Source of the DNA: Minisyncoccia bacterium
Lineage (GTDB): Bacteria > Patescibacteriota > Minisyncoccia > UBA6257 > 2-01-FULL-56-20
DNA length: 64,000 nt
Direction: 5' to 3'
Assembly (NCBI GenBank): GCA_050008535.1
Contig: JBEKML010000002.1
Span: 24,732-88,731 of the forward strand
The first letter of the stretch is position 1, and every line of letters begins with the position of its first letter. The translations under genes were made by a program, and so were the position numbers. Positions 27,888 to 37,480 of the stretch are shown one piece after another. Under the pieces are notes generated by a model, which ran no database searches, was not told where the DNA came from, and worked only from the letters and a program-made list of their open reading frames with translations.

Positions 27888-28256
27888 ATGATCCAGGAAC
27901 GCTCCATATTAAAAGTGGCAGACAACTCCGGCGCAAAAACGGTCCGTTGTTTTCGGATCCTCGGCGGCACGCGTCACCGCTATGCGGGCGTTGGCGACGT
28001 CATCGTTACGTCCGTGCAGGCGGCGGAGCCGCGGAAGAGCGTGAAGAAAAAGGATGTGGTCAAAGTGCTTGTCGTCCGCACCAAAAATGCGATCCACCGC
28101 CGCGACGGTTCCTATGTCCGCTTTGACGAAAATGCGGTCGTTCTGATCGATGCCAAAAAAGAACCGATTGCGACCCGCATTTTCGGCCCGCTCCCGCGCG
28201 AACTTAAGGAAAAAGGGTACGAAAAATTAATGACGATGGCGGAAGAGATCGTCTAA
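27888..28256 (+). CDS. rplN: 50S ribosomal protein L14
   Basis: MIQERSILKVADNSGAKTVRCFRILGG... Confidence 0.95.
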   Translation: MIQERSILKVADNSGAKTVRCFRILGGTRHRYAGVGDVIVTSVQAAEPRKSVKKKDVVKVLVVRTKNAIHRRDGSYVRFDENAVVLIDAKKEPIATRIFGPLPRELKEKGYEKLMTMAEEIV

Positions 28257-28269
28257 ATTATTTATTGCC

Positions 28270-28575
28270 ATGAACATAAAAAAGGGAGATCAAGTAAAAA
28301 TAATGAGCGGCATGGATCGCGGGAAGATCGGGACCGTTTTACATGCGCTTCCCGACGAAGGACGAGTGGTCATCGAAGGGTTGAACGTGTTCAAGAAGCG
28401 TTCACGCCCGAAAAAGCAGGGACAAAAAGGGGAAACGGTGCTTGTGCCCCGTCCGATGCCGGTCTCGAAGGTGATGCTCGTCTGCTCGAACTGTAAGAAT
28501 CCGACGCGCGCGGGCTTCCATATGGACGGTCCGCGAAAGGTTCGTTACTGCAAGAAATGCAAAGTTAACACCTAA
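28270..28575 (+). CDS. rplX: 50S ribosomal protein L24 (KOW domain + C-terminal Cys4 zinc-ribbon)
   Basis: KKGDQVKIMSGMDRGKIGTV KOW motif; CSNCKN...CKKCK. Confidence 0.9.
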   Translation: MNIKKGDQVKIMSGMDRGKIGTVLHALPDEGRVVIEGLNVFKKRSRPKKQGQKGETVLVPRPMPVSKVMLVCSNCKNPTRAGFHMDGPRKVRYCKKCKVNT

Positions 28576-28577
28576 CC

Positions 28578-29069
28578 ATGGACAAGAAGAAAATTAAAGC
28601 ATTTTTAGAGAAGATCGTGGTTGATGCGGGTGTCGGCCGCTTAAGCCAGACGCCGAATTTTGAGGAAAAAGCGCTGGCGCAGGTTTCGCGCGACCTCGCT
28701 TTGATCACCGGCCAGAAGCCGCAGGTGCGGAAGGCGAAGAAATCCATCGCCGGATTCAAGGTGCGCGAAGGGCAGATCGTGGGGCTTCGGGTAACGCTCC
28801 GCAGCGATAAAATGGTTGATTTTTTTGGGCGATTGATTACCATAGTATTGCCTCGCGTGAGAGACTTCAATGGTCTGGATCTCAGGAACATCGACCAGGG
28901 CGGCGCGCTGAATGCGGGCATTCGGGAACAGTTCGTCTTTCCGGAGATCGCGCCGGAAGAATCGCCGGTTTCCTTCTCTCTCGGGATCGCCCTGGTGCCC
29001 CGGAGGAAGAATCGCGCACAAGCGCTCCAAACTTTTCGAACGCTCGGCGTTCCCTTAAAGAAGCAATAA
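28578..29069 (+). CDS. rplE: 50S ribosomal protein L5
   Basis: L5 signature ([33 protein letters not shown]...FVFPEI). Confidence 0.93.
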   Translation: MDKKKIKAFLEKIVVDAGVGRLSQTPNFEEKALAQVSRDLALITGQKPQVRKAKKSIAGFKVREGQIVGLRVTLRSDKMVDFFGRLITIVLPRVRDFNGLDLRNIDQGGALNAGIREQFVFPEIAPEESPVSFSLGIALVPRRKNRAQALQTFRTLGVPLKKQ

Positions 29070-29070
29070 C

Positions 29071-29256
29071 ATGGCAAAAGAATCCGTCATTGCACGCAGC
29101 AAAAAGCAGCCGAAGTTTTCCTCCCGCATCGTGCGGCGCTGTTTCCGTTGCGGTCGCAAGCGCGGGTATATGCGCACCTTCGGCATCTGCCGGATCTGTT
29201 TTCGCGAGATGGCGACCAACCAGGAAATTCCGGGAATAAAAAAAGCAAGCTGGTAA
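29071..29256 (+). CDS. rpsN: 30S ribosomal protein S14 type Z (zinc-binding)
   Basis: 61 aa, [24 protein letters not shown] Cys4 motif. Confidence 0.93.
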   Translation: MAKESVIARSKKQPKFSSRIVRRCFRCGRKRGYMRTFGICRICFREMATNQEIPGIKKASW

Positions 29257-29269
29257 CCACAATGTACTA

Positions 29270-29642
29270 CCATTTTTTGTCGGAAATCAAAAATGCAATG
29301 CAGGCGCACAAGGAGAAGCTTGCCCTTCCTTTTTCCAAAATGGATTTTGCGGTCTTGAAATTGCTTGTGGAAGCGGGCTATCTGAAAAGCGTGGAGCGGG
29401 AGACGATCGGCAAAAGGAGCATGGTGGTGGTCCGCTTATCGTACCGCGACAAAAAGAGCGCTATGAACGATTTCAAGATCATAAGCAAGCCAAGCCGGCA
29501 CCAGTATATGGATTATCGCAGTTTGCGCCGCGTGAAACAGGGGTATGGCATTGGCGTCCTCTCGACCTCAAGGGGGATCATGACCGAAAGAGAAGCCAAA
29601 AAGAACAAGGTCGGCGGAGAATATCTGTTCGAGATCTGGTAA
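29270..29642 (+). CDS. rpsH: 30S ribosomal protein S8
   Basis: S8-like (LKLLVEAGYLKSVE...GIGVLSTSRGIMTEREAKKNKVGGEYLFEIW); ATG at 29270. Confidence 0.9.
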
Positions 29643-29644
29643 CT

Positions 29645-30172
29645 ATGAGCAGACTGGTCAAAAAACCGATAAAAATAGTGAGCGGGGTGACCGTGCGCAT
29701 TGACGGCGGTTTTTTGACGGTGAAGGGGCCGAAGGGCGAAGAAAGGGTGAAGATCGCGCCCACGGTCACGGCAAAAATAGAAGGAGAAAATCTTTGGATG
29801 AGCGGGGCCGACGCAGGAACAACCTGGGCGCTCGCAAGGAATGCCGTGCAGGGAGTGACGGAAGGTTTTTTGAAGATATTGGAAGTTGAAGGCGTGGGTT
29901 ATCGCGCGGTGCTTGAGGGGAAAGACCTCATATTTTATCTTGGCTACGCAGAGCCGGTCCGCATGAAAATTCCCGAAGGCGCCTCCGTTACGCTCGAGAA
30001 GAGTACGATTAAGGTAGCGGGTCTTAATAAGGACCTGGTGGGCCGGGTGGCCGCAGAGATCCGTGCCCTGAAGAAGCCGGAACCATATAAGGGGAAAGGT
30101 ATTCATTATCGGGGGGAGGTGATCCAAAGGAAAGTCGGAAAGAAGGCTGCCGCGACAGGGACGGCTGCCTAA
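29645..30172 (+). CDS. rplF: 50S ribosomal protein L6
   Basis: MSRLVKKPIKIVSGVTVRIDGGFLTVKGPKGE... Confidence 0.93.
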   Translation: MSRLVKKPIKIVSGVTVRIDGGFLTVKGPKGEERVKIAPTVTAKIEGENLWMSGADAGTTWALARNAVQGVTEGFLKILEVEGVGYRAVLEGKDLIFYLGYAEPVRMKIPEGASVTLEKSTIKVAGLNKDLVGRVAAEIRALKKPEPYKGKGIHYRGEVIQRKVGKKAAATGTAA

Positions 30173-30186
30173 TTACTACAAAGACC

Positions 30187-30549
30187 ATGAACGCAAGAAA
30201 GAAACTTAATCAAAAGAGAATACGCCGCGCGGCGCGGGTAAGCGCCCGTCTTTACGGCACCGCTTCGGTGCCTCGGTTGGTCGTAAGCCGCAGTAATCGC
30301 TATGTGTACGCCCAGCTTGTTGATGACGTAAAAAATCATACTATTGTGGCCGTTTCAAGCTTTGGCAAGGGTGGGGCGGCAGTGAAGGGGACGAAGAGCG
30401 TGCAGGCGTTCGCCACCGGCGAGGCGCTTGCCAAAAAAGCGCTGGAGAAGGGGATTGCGCGTGTTGTTTTTGACCGCCGATCGTCGAAATTCCATGGGAG
30501 AATACAACAATTTGCCGAAGGGGCGAAAAAAGGAGGGCTGAAGATGTAA
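30187..30549 (+). CDS. rplR: 50S ribosomal protein L18
   Basis: RLVVSRSNRYVYAQLVDDVKNHTIVAVSS... Confidence 0.92.
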   Translation: MNARKKLNQKRIRRAARVSARLYGTASVPRLVVSRSNRYVYAQLVDDVKNHTIVAVSSFGKGGAAVKGTKSVQAFATGEALAKKALEKGIARVVFDRRSSKFHGRIQQFAEGAKKGGLKM

Positions 30550-30556
30550 TACTTTT

Positions 30557-31048
30557 ATGCCACAACCACAACAGCATAACCGGCGGCCGGATCGCGGCCC
30601 AAAGATCGTAAAAAAAGAGGAATTCAAAGAGCGCGTGCTTGACATGCGCCGCGTGACACGCGTCGTGGCCGGAGGCAAACGCTTCCGTTTCCGCTGCACG
30701 ATTGTCCTGGGTGACGAGCGGGGCCGCGTCGGCATCGGCGTTGCAAAGGGATTGGATGTCCAGCAGGCGGTTGCGAAGGCAAAGACCGATGCGAAGAAGA
30801 ATATTATGACGGTCAACTTGAAGGATGGCCGCACTATCGCGCACGAAGTGATCGCGAAATACAGCGCGGCGAAGGTGCTGGTAAAGCCCGCGAGCCCCGG
30901 GCATGGTCTCCGGGCAGGCGGCGCCGTCCGCTTTGTGCTTTCTTTTGCGGGTATCAAGGACGCGACAGCGAAGTGCCTGGGGCGGACACCGAACAAGCTC
31001 ACGAACGCCATGGCGACCATTGAAGCACTCAAAAAACTGAAAGCCTAA
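30557..31048 (+). CDS. rpsE: 30S ribosomal protein S5
   Basis: RVTRVVAGGKRFRFRCTIVLGDERGRVGIGVAKGLDVQQAVAKA... Confidence 0.93.
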   Translation: MPQPQQHNRRPDRGPKIVKKEEFKERVLDMRRVTRVVAGGKRFRFRCTIVLGDERGRVGIGVAKGLDVQQAVAKAKTDAKKNIMTVNLKDGRTIAHEVIAKYSAAKVLVKPASPGHGLRAGGAVRFVLSFAGIKDATAKCLGRTPNKLTNAMATIEALKKLKA

Positions 31049-31049
31049 C

Positions 31050-31487
31050 ATGCAGCTCCACGAAATTCCTTCAATTAAAAAGAAGACACAGCGGATCGGG
31101 CGAAGCGGCAAGCGCGGCAGTTATTCCGGCCGCGGCGTGAAGGGGCAGAAATCCCGCGCCGGGCGGCGGCTCTATCCCGCCGAGCGCGATCTGATCATGC
31201 GGCTGCCGAAGCGCCGCGGTTTCAGGAATATTCCAAAAACCGAGAAGAACACGGTTCTTAATCTGGGAGATCTTTCCCTGAAGATCAAATCGTTTACACG
31301 GGGGAAAGGGCCTCTCTCGCTCAATCAAGAATTACTTAAGGTTGCCGGTCTCGTGGGAAAAAACTTCAAGGGTGAGATAAAGCTGCTTGGCGGCGGGGAG
31401 ATCGCTTTCCCTGTGGACGTGCAGGGCCTTAAGGTTTCCAAAAGCGCGAAAATAAAAATTGAAAAAGCAGGCGGGAGCGTGAAATAA
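31050..31487 (+). CDS. rplO: 50S ribosomal protein L15 (immediately follows rpsE; no rpmD/L30 between)
   Basis: RIGRSGKRGSYSGRGVKGQKSRAG...; 1-nt gap after rpsE. Confidence 0.9.
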   Translation: MQLHEIPSIKKKTQRIGRSGKRGSYSGRGVKGQKSRAGRRLYPAERDLIMRLPKRRGFRNIPKTEKNTVLNLGDLSLKIKSFTRGKGPLSLNQELLKVAGLVGKNFKGEIKLLGGGEIAFPVDVQGLKVSKSAKIKIEKAGGSVK

Positions 31488-31490
31488 TTT

Positions 31491-32768
31491 TTGCCCATGA
31501 ACCGGTTCCTTCAAATCTTCAAAGTCAAAGACCTGCGCAACAAGATATTGATCGTTGCGGGGCTGCTCGTCGCGTACCGCGTGTTCGCGGCGATCCCGAT
31601 CCCGGGCGTGGATGCCGCGCGGCTCGCGACCTATTTCAATTCCAACCAGCTCTTCGGCTTTTTGAACTTCTTTTCCGGCGGCGGCTTGTCCAATCTTTCA
31701 GTGATGATGCTGGGAGTCGGTCCCTATATCACGGCGACGATCATCATGCAGCTTTTGACCATCATCTTTCCGAAGTTCAAAGAAATGTACTACGAAGAGG
31801 GCGCGCGCGGCCAGGCGAAGTTCAACCAATATTCGCGGCTCTTAACGGTGCCGCTCGCTATTGTGAACGGCTACGGTTTTTTGACTCTTCTCATTTCGCA
31901 GGGCGTGATCGACCGGCCGGCCGCGTTCGCGTTCGTGACGAACGTGATCGTGATCGCGTGCGGCTCCATGATCGCACTGTGGCTGGGAGAACTTATTACG
32001 GAACAGAAGGTGGGGAACGGGGTTTCGCTCATCATCTTGGCCGGTATTCTTGCCCGCATACCGTCCTTCGTCGGAACCGCCGTCGTTTCGTACACGCCGA
32101 CGTTGCTCACGACCTATTTGGGCTTCGCGGTGGTAGCCGTGTTCTTGATCGCGGGCATCGTTTATTTGAATGAGGGCGAGCGGAAGATCCCTGTGGCCTA
32201 TGCGCGGCGCGTGCGCGGGAATAAGATGTACGGCGGCGCGCAGAGCTACCTGCCGCTCAAGGTGAACCAGGCGGGCATGATCCCGTTGATCTTCGCGATT
32301 TCGGTCTTGCTTTTTCCGCAGTTCGCGGCCTGGATCGTTTCTATCTTTTCGCCGACGTGGGGATTGAAGGTCAACGCCTTCGCGGCGGCCTTCGTCAGTA
32401 ATCAGCTTTGGTACGGCATCTTCTATTTCTTGCTGGTCTTTGTATTCACGTATTTCTATACCTCTATTACGTTCAATCCCGAGGAAGTGGCGAAAAACTT
32501 GCAGCGGAGCGGCGGGTTCGTGCCGGGCATCCGTCCAGGCGAGAGTACGGAGAAGTTCTTCGGGAGCATCGTGAATCGCATCACGTTCTGGGGAGCGATT
32601 TTCCTCGGTCTTGTGGCGATTTTGCCGATCATCGTGCAGGCCGTTACGGGTGTCGCGGTTTTGACGATCAGCGGCACGGCAATTTTGATCGTGGTCGCGG
32701 TGGCTTTGGAGACGATGAGGCAGGTGGATTCGCAATTGACCGTTCGCGAGTATGAGGGGATAGAATAG
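31491..32768 (+). CDS. secY: preprotein translocase subunit SecY
   Basis: 10-TM protein with SecY signature. Confidence 0.95.
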   Translation: MPMNRFLQIFKVKDLRNKILIVAGLLVAYRVFAAIPIPGVDAARLATYFNSNQLFGFLNFFSGGGLSNLSVMMLGVGPYITATIIMQLLTIIFPKFKEMYYEEGARGQAKFNQYSRLLTVPLAIVNGYGFLTLLISQGVIDRPAAFAFVTNVIVIACGSMIALWLGELITEQKVGNGVSLIILAGILARIPSFVGTAVVSYTPTLLTTYLGFAVVAVFLIAGIVYLNEGERKIPVAYARRVRGNKMYGGAQSYLPLKVNQAGMIPLIFAISVLLFPQFAAWIVSIFSPTWGLKVNAFAAAFVSNQLWYGIFYFLLVFVFTYFYTSITFNPEEVAKNLQRSGGFVPGIRPGESTEKFFGSIVNRITFWGAIFLGLVAILPIIVQAVTGVAVLTISGTAILIVVAVALETMRQVDSQLTVREYEGIE

Positions 32769-32789
32769 GCCTGCGCCATGAGGTTTGCA

Positions 32790-32822
32790 AGACCGCCTCG
32801 CAGGGGGCGGTTTTGAATTTCC
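32790..32822 (+). terminator. rho-independent terminator after secY (ccgcctcgcagggggcgg + TTTTGAATTT)
   Basis: GC stem-loop followed by T-rich tract. Confidence 0.65.
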
Positions 32823-32841
32823 TCCGGTTTTTTGTTACAAT
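32813..32841 (+). promoter_or_regulatory. promoter TTGAAT-N17-TACAAT for leaderless adk mRNA
   Basis: -10 ends 6 nt before adk ATG (32848), so TSS coincides with start codon; -35 overlaps terminator tail. Confidence 0.5.
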
Positions 32842-32847
32842 CACTTC

Positions 32848-33525
32848 ATGAGAAAAATCGTTGTGGTCTTGTATGGGCCGCCGGGGGCGGGGAAGGGGAC
32901 GCAGGCAAATCTTTTGGCTACCAAATTGGGCAGCATTCACTTTGATACGGGGAAATTTTGTGAGTCGGTGGTGCATGATCCGGGGCGCCAAAAAGAAAAG
33001 GTGATTCAGCGGGAGCGGAAGCTGTTTGAAAGCGGGAAGTGGATGACGCCGAGCTTTGTAACACGCGAGGTTGTGAAACAGATCAAGCAGGTGGCTGCGG
33101 CGAACATGGGAATTATTTTCAGTGGTTCGCCGCGGACGATATATGAGGCGGAGCGGGAATTTCCTGCTTTGGAAAAAGCATACGGCAAGAAGAATATCTT
33201 TGTATTTTCTCTTGAAATTCCTGCGGAGTTTTCCTTGCGCAGGAACGGCGGGCGCATGGTGTGCCCCGTCTGCGGTTATTTCCTCCTTGTGGCGTTTTAC
33301 CCTAAAGTAAAGGCAAAGTGGTGCCCCGTTTGTGGAAGTCCTCTTTATCGACGGAGCTTGGATACGCCGGAGACCACCAAGCGCCGTCTTCGTGAGCACA
33401 ACGAGCGGACATTGCCGGTTCTTGATTTTGCGAAAAAGCGTGGCTACAAGATATTTCACATTGACGGCCGTCCCGCACCATACAAAGTGATGGGGCGCAT
33501 CTATGCTCATATTAAAAACGTCTGA
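32848..33525 (+). CDS. adk: adenylate kinase (zinc-ribbon lid type)
   Basis: GPPGAGKGTQ P-loop; CPVCG...CPVCG Cys4 lid. Confidence 0.93.
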   Translation: MRKIVVVLYGPPGAGKGTQANLLATKLGSIHFDTGKFCESVVHDPGRQKEKVIQRERKLFESGKWMTPSFVTREVVKQIKQVAAANMGIIFSGSPRTIYEAEREFPALEKAYGKKNIFVFSLEIPAEFSLRRNGGRMVCPVCGYFLLVAFYPKVKAKWCPVCGSPLYRRSLDTPETTKRRLREHNERTLPVLDFAKKRGYKIFHIDGRPAPYKVMGRIYAHIKNV

Positions 33526-34264
33526 AGAAATAGGGGTTATGGCGGAGGGCGGGCGGCGGCTTGCGGCGGTGCTTGCGCGGCTTGCGGAGGAAACGCGCGC
33601 GGGCGTCACTACGAAATCGCTTGATCGCCTGGCCTATCAATTGATCCATAAATCCGGCGCGAAGCCGGCGTTCTTGCATTATCGCCCTGCGGGCGCGCAG
33701 CGGGCGTATCCCTATTCCTTATGCGCTTCAGTGAACAGCGTTGTTGTGCACGGCCAGCCGTCGGAATACGTGATCAAAGACGGGGATCTTATAAAGCTTG
33801 ACCTCGGCCTTTTGTACAAAGGATTTTATTCGGATGCAGCGCTTACGGTGGGGGTAGGAAAGATCAGCAAGGAAGCGAAGCGACTTATGACAACAACGGA
33901 AGAAGCGCTCCGCGCGGCGATTGCGGAGACCAAGGTTGGAAAAACGCTTGGCGACATTGGATATGTGATTACGAAAGGAGCGAAAAAAAGCGGGTATGTT
34001 GTGGCTGAAGGACTTACGGGACACGGCATCGGCCGCACGCTTCACGAAGACCCGACCGTTTGGAATGTTGGGCAGAAGGGCGGCGGTGAGGAATTGCGCG
34101 AGGGCGTGGTCCTTGCCATAGAGCCGATGTTTGCGGCGGGCAAGCCCGCCCTGCGGCAGCTGCGCGATGAAAGCTGGGCGACGGCCGATGGCTCGCTTTC
34201 GGCGCATTTTGAGCACACCGTGGCGGTCACAAAGAACGGCCCCTTGGTCTTAACCTTTTTATAA
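33503..34264 (+). CDS. map: methionine aminopeptidase type I
   Basis: MetAP pita-bread fold motifs (VVHG, D..K.D.G, HGIG, EPM). Confidence 0.92.
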   Translation: MLILKTSEEIGVMAEGGRRLAAVLARLAEETRAGVTTKSLDRLAYQLIHKSGAKPAFLHYRPAGAQRAYPYSLCASVNSVVVHGQPSEYVIKDGDLIKLDLGLLYKGFYSDAALTVGVGKISKEAKRLMTTTEEALRAAIAETKVGKTLGDIGYVITKGAKKSGYVVAEGLTGHGIGRTLHEDPTVWNVGQKGGGEELREGVVLAIEPMFAAGKPALRQLRDESWATADGSLSAHFEHTVAVTKNGPLVLTFL

Positions 34265-34266
34265 TC

Positions 34267-35010
34267 ATGGCAAAACCATATCTCTCCATCATCATTCCGG
34301 CCTATAACGAGGCGGAACGGGTTCCTGCGACACTTTTAGACATAGATAGGCATTTGGCGAGCGCGCCATATTCCTACGAAATTTTGGTGGTGAACGACGG
34401 CTCAAAAGATAATACGGCAGAGGTCGTGCGGAACATGACGAAAGCAGTGAAGAACTTGAAGCTGATCGATAATGTTGAAAACAAAGGGAAGGGCGGCGTG
34501 GTGCGGCAGGGGATGCTGCTTGCGAATGGCGCGATCCGGCTTTTCACCGACGCCGACAATTCCACGTCAATTGACCAGTTTGACCAGATGATACCCTTCT
34601 TCAAGGAGGGATACGAAGTGGTGATCGGCTCGCGGGCGGTCGCGGGGGCAAAGCTTGATCCGCCGGAGCCGCTCTATAAACAAATCCCCGGGAAAATGGG
34701 GAATCTTTTCATACAGCTTTTACTGCTACCGGGATTATGGGATACGCAGTGCGGATTCAAAGCGTTTACGGAAGAAGCGGCAAGGAAAGTGTTTGAAGGG
34801 TCGCGCATAGCGGGGTGGGGGTTTGATGTGGAGACCCTTTCGCTCGCCAAAAAAGCAGGATACCGGATCAAAGAGGTCCCCGTGCACTGGGTGAACGATA
34901 TCCGTTCCCACGTGAAGGCATCAGCCTATGTGAAGGTACTATGGGAGACCATCGCCATCCGCTGGTGGCTCTGGACAGGAGCATACAAAGAGAGTATCCT
35001 TAGGAACTAA
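34267..35010 (+). CDS. family-2 glycosyltransferase, dolichyl/polyprenyl-phosphate sugar transferase-like (DPM1/GtrB-like)
   Basis: LSIIIPAYNEAERVPATL...VNDGSKDNT...TDADNS motifs. Confidence 0.8.
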   Translation: MAKPYLSIIIPAYNEAERVPATLLDIDRHLASAPYSYEILVVNDGSKDNTAEVVRNMTKAVKNLKLIDNVENKGKGGVVRQGMLLANGAIRLFTDADNSTSIDQFDQMIPFFKEGYEVVIGSRAVAGAKLDPPEPLYKQIPGKMGNLFIQLLLLPGLWDTQCGFKAFTEEAARKVFEGSRIAGWGFDVETLSLAKKAGYRIKEVPVHWVNDIRSHVKASAYVKVLWETIAIRWWLWTGAYKESILRN

Positions 35011-35468
35011 TGGCCAAACAATATCTTACGAAGGAGCGGCTCGAAGAGCTCACAGTGGAACTCGCAACGCTAAAAAATAAAAAGCGGGTTGAGGTGGCGG
35101 AGCGGTTGAAGCAGGCGAAAGAATACGGCGACCTTTCGGAGAATTCCGAATACGTGGAGGCGCGCGAAGAGCAGGCGAGCGTTGAGATGCGGATCGCCGA
35201 GCTCGAAGACCTCTTGAAGGAGGCGGTGACGATCAAAAAATTGGAGGGCGGCGATACGGTTACGGTCGGTTCTACCGTGGTGGTTCGCAAAGGCGAAAAA
35301 ACAATGAGCTACACGATCATGGGTTCGCACGAGGCGAAACCGGAAGAAGGCAAGATATCCGACGAATCGCCGCTCGGAAGGGCGTTTTTGAAGAAAAAGG
35401 CAGGGGAGACGGTTGAGGTTACGACGCCGGCGGGGATTGCGACGTTTGAGATTTTGAAGATAGAATAG
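35010..35468 (+). CDS. greA: transcription elongation factor GreA
   Basis: N-terminal coiled coil with EYGDLSENSEY acidic tip, C-terminal FKBP-like domain. Confidence 0.9.
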   Translation: MAKQYLTKERLEELTVELATLKNKKRVEVAERLKQAKEYGDLSENSEYVEAREEQASVEMRIAELEDLLKEAVTIKKLEGGDTVTVGSTVVVRKGEKTMSYTIMGSHEAKPEEGKISDESPLGRAFLKKKAGETVEVTTPAGIATFEILKIE

Positions 35469-35543
35469 TGCTGATTTTTATGAAAAAGGGGAGCGTGCGT
35501 CGCGCACACGCCCCCCTCCGGCGCGGGACAGGGTTTTCCCCCG

Positions 35544-35930
35544 TCACGCCCCGCTGCCGTTGCTGGGCTGACAGCCACAATACCAGCACTGCACGGTGCC
35601 AGGGGGTGCCTCGGGGTTGACCGACGGCACCATCCACCCGACGTTCAACGCCGGGACGGCCGCGCATTTTCGTGCGCACGGCTCGAGCGAGAGTCGCTCA
35701 CGGATGTGCTGGAACATTCTCACAGCGGCTTTCTCTCCGTTGCCCACCCTGGCGAGCGCATAGAGATTCAACAAGGCATAGCGGTTGTGCGGGCCAATCT
35801 TGGGATCGAGAGGAAACGCCCGCCGACGGAACTCGGTTCTGGGAGTTTCGCCTAGGGGTATCGGAACTAACGCCCCCCTTCTTACTGCAATATCGAACCG
35901 AACATGAGGAATTGATCGCATCCTCATCAC
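35544..35930 (-). CDS. hypothetical protein with C-terminal Cys-rich tail (weak call)
   Basis: 128-aa ORF in 536-nt gap between greA and lysS; ends ...TVQCWYCGCQPSNGSGA; could be a high-GC chance ORF. Confidence 0.3.
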   Translation of the reverse strand: MMRMRSIPHVRFDIAVRRGALVPIPLGETPRTEFRRRAFPLDPKIGPHNRYALLNLYALARVGNGEKAAVRMFQHIRERLSLEPCARKCAAVPALNVGWMVPSVNPEAPPGTVQCWYCGCQPSNGSGA

Positions 35931-36004
35931 CTCCTTTGGCTACCTAAGATATAGAATACGGCGATGAAAATGTCAATTTTCGTAATACTAAACGTGATGG
36001 TATC

Positions 36005-37477
36005 ATGAGGGGGATGCTTGAAGAGATAATCAAGGAGCGGCGGAAAAAATTAGAACTGATCCGTAAGGCGGGGATTGATCCGTATCCGGCGCGGGTGCCG
36101 CGGAGCCATGCGATCGGCGAGGCGTTGGACGGTTTTGCGAAGCTTGCCGAGGCGGGCAAAACGGTTTCGCTTGCGGGGCGGCTGCGGAGCATGCGTGACC
36201 AGGGAAAGATCATCTTCGCGGACCTTGCGGACGAAAGCGGGCAGATCCAGATCGTGCTGAAAGATGATGTCTTGAAGGATGTGAAAGGCCTGGAATTTTG
36301 GCGGTCGGTTTTGGACCTCGGCGATTTTGTTTCGGCGACGGGCGTTCTTTTTGAAACGAAGCGGGGCGAGAAAAGCTTGGAGGTGCGGGGATTGCAAATG
36401 GCGGCGAAAAGCTTGCTCCCGTTGCCGGACAAGTGGGCGGGGCTTGAGGACGAAGATATCCGCCTGCGCAAGCGCTATTTGGATTTGATCGCGACGCCGG
36501 AACTGCGTGAGCTTTTCCATAAAAAAACGATTTTTTGGGAGACATTTCGCGCGGTATTCAAGAAAGAAGGATTTTTGGAAGTGGAAACGCCGGTTTTAGA
36601 AGCTCTACCGGGCGGCGCGGAAGCGGAGCCGTTCAGGACGCACCACAACACACTTGACGAAGATTTTTATCTGCGCATCTCGCTTGAACTGCCATTGAAG
36701 CGCTTGCTTGTGGGTGGTTTTGACAAGGTCTTTGAGATCGGCCGCATCTTCCGCAACGAAGGCATTGACCGCGAGCACCTGCAGGATTACACGCAGCTCG
36801 AGTTCTATGCCGCGTACAGCGACTACAACGACATCATGGACCTTACCGAGCGGGCGTATAAGAAGGTTATCGAGAAAACCTGCGGTGGATTCGTCACGGA
36901 GCGCGATGGGAAAAAGATCGACTGGTCAAAAAAATGGAAAAAGGTGGATTATGTGGAGCTGTGGAAAAAAGCGAACGGCATGGATCCGACGGAGGCGACC
37001 CCTGATGAATTATTTAAGAAGGCGAAGGAGTTGAAATTGGAGCCGGCAAAAAATTTCGGCAAAGGGCGGCTTATCGACCTTATTTATAAAAAGACCGTGC
37101 GGCCGCATTTGGTGGAACCATGTTTCTTGGTAGATCCGCCGGTGGAAGTAGAACCGCTTGCAAAACGGAAGCCCGGGAATCCGAAGGTGGTGGAACGGTT
37201 CCAGGTGATGGCGGCGGGCACGGAGCTCGGCAAAGGCTTTTCGGAATTGAATGACCCGCTTGACCAGCGCGCGCGGTTTGAGGAGCAGATGAAGCTGCGC
37301 GAGGCGGGGGATAAAGAAGCACAATTTCTGGACGAGGATTTTCTGGAAGCGCTTGCCTGCGGCATGCCGCCCGCCGGCGGCTTCGGCGTTTCCGAACGGC
37401 TCTTTGCGGTCCTTATGGACCGCCCCATGCGCGAATGCGTGTTCTTCCCCCTCATGCGGGGAAAGAAGGGGAAGTAA
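36005..37477 (+). CDS. lysS: lysyl-tRNA synthetase (class II)
   Basis: N-terminal OB anticodon-binding domain, class II motifs 1-3 (FRNEG, GGFGVSERL). Confidence 0.93.
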   Translation: MRGMLEEIIKERRKKLELIRKAGIDPYPARVPRSHAIGEALDGFAKLAEAGKTVSLAGRLRSMRDQGKIIFADLADESGQIQIVLKDDVLKDVKGLEFWRSVLDLGDFVSATGVLFETKRGEKSLEVRGLQMAAKSLLPLPDKWAGLEDEDIRLRKRYLDLIATPELRELFHKKTIFWETFRAVFKKEGFLEVETPVLEALPGGAEAEPFRTHHNTLDEDFYLRISLELPLKRLLVGGFDKVFEIGRIFRNEGIDREHLQDYTQLEFYAAYSDYNDIMDLTERAYKKVIEKTCGGFVTERDGKKIDWSKKWKKVDYVELWKKANGMDPTEATPDELFKKAKELKLEPAKNFGKGRLIDLIYKKTVRPHLVEPCFLVDPPVEVEPLAKRKPGNPKVVERFQVMAAGTELGKGFSELNDPLDQRARFEEQMKLREAGDKEAQFLDEDFLEALACGMPPAGGFGVSERLFAVLMDRPMRECVFFPLMRGKKGK

Positions 37478-37480
37478 GGT

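Noticed and set aside
32785-32847. N-terminal extension of adk ORF back to 32785
   Set aside because: Would read through the secY terminator and promoter. Conserved adk start MRKIVV.. with P-loop immediately downstream is at 32848.
35469-35543. GC-rich imperfect hairpin after greA as terminator
   Set aside because: Stem is imperfect and no U-tract; not confident enough to annotate.
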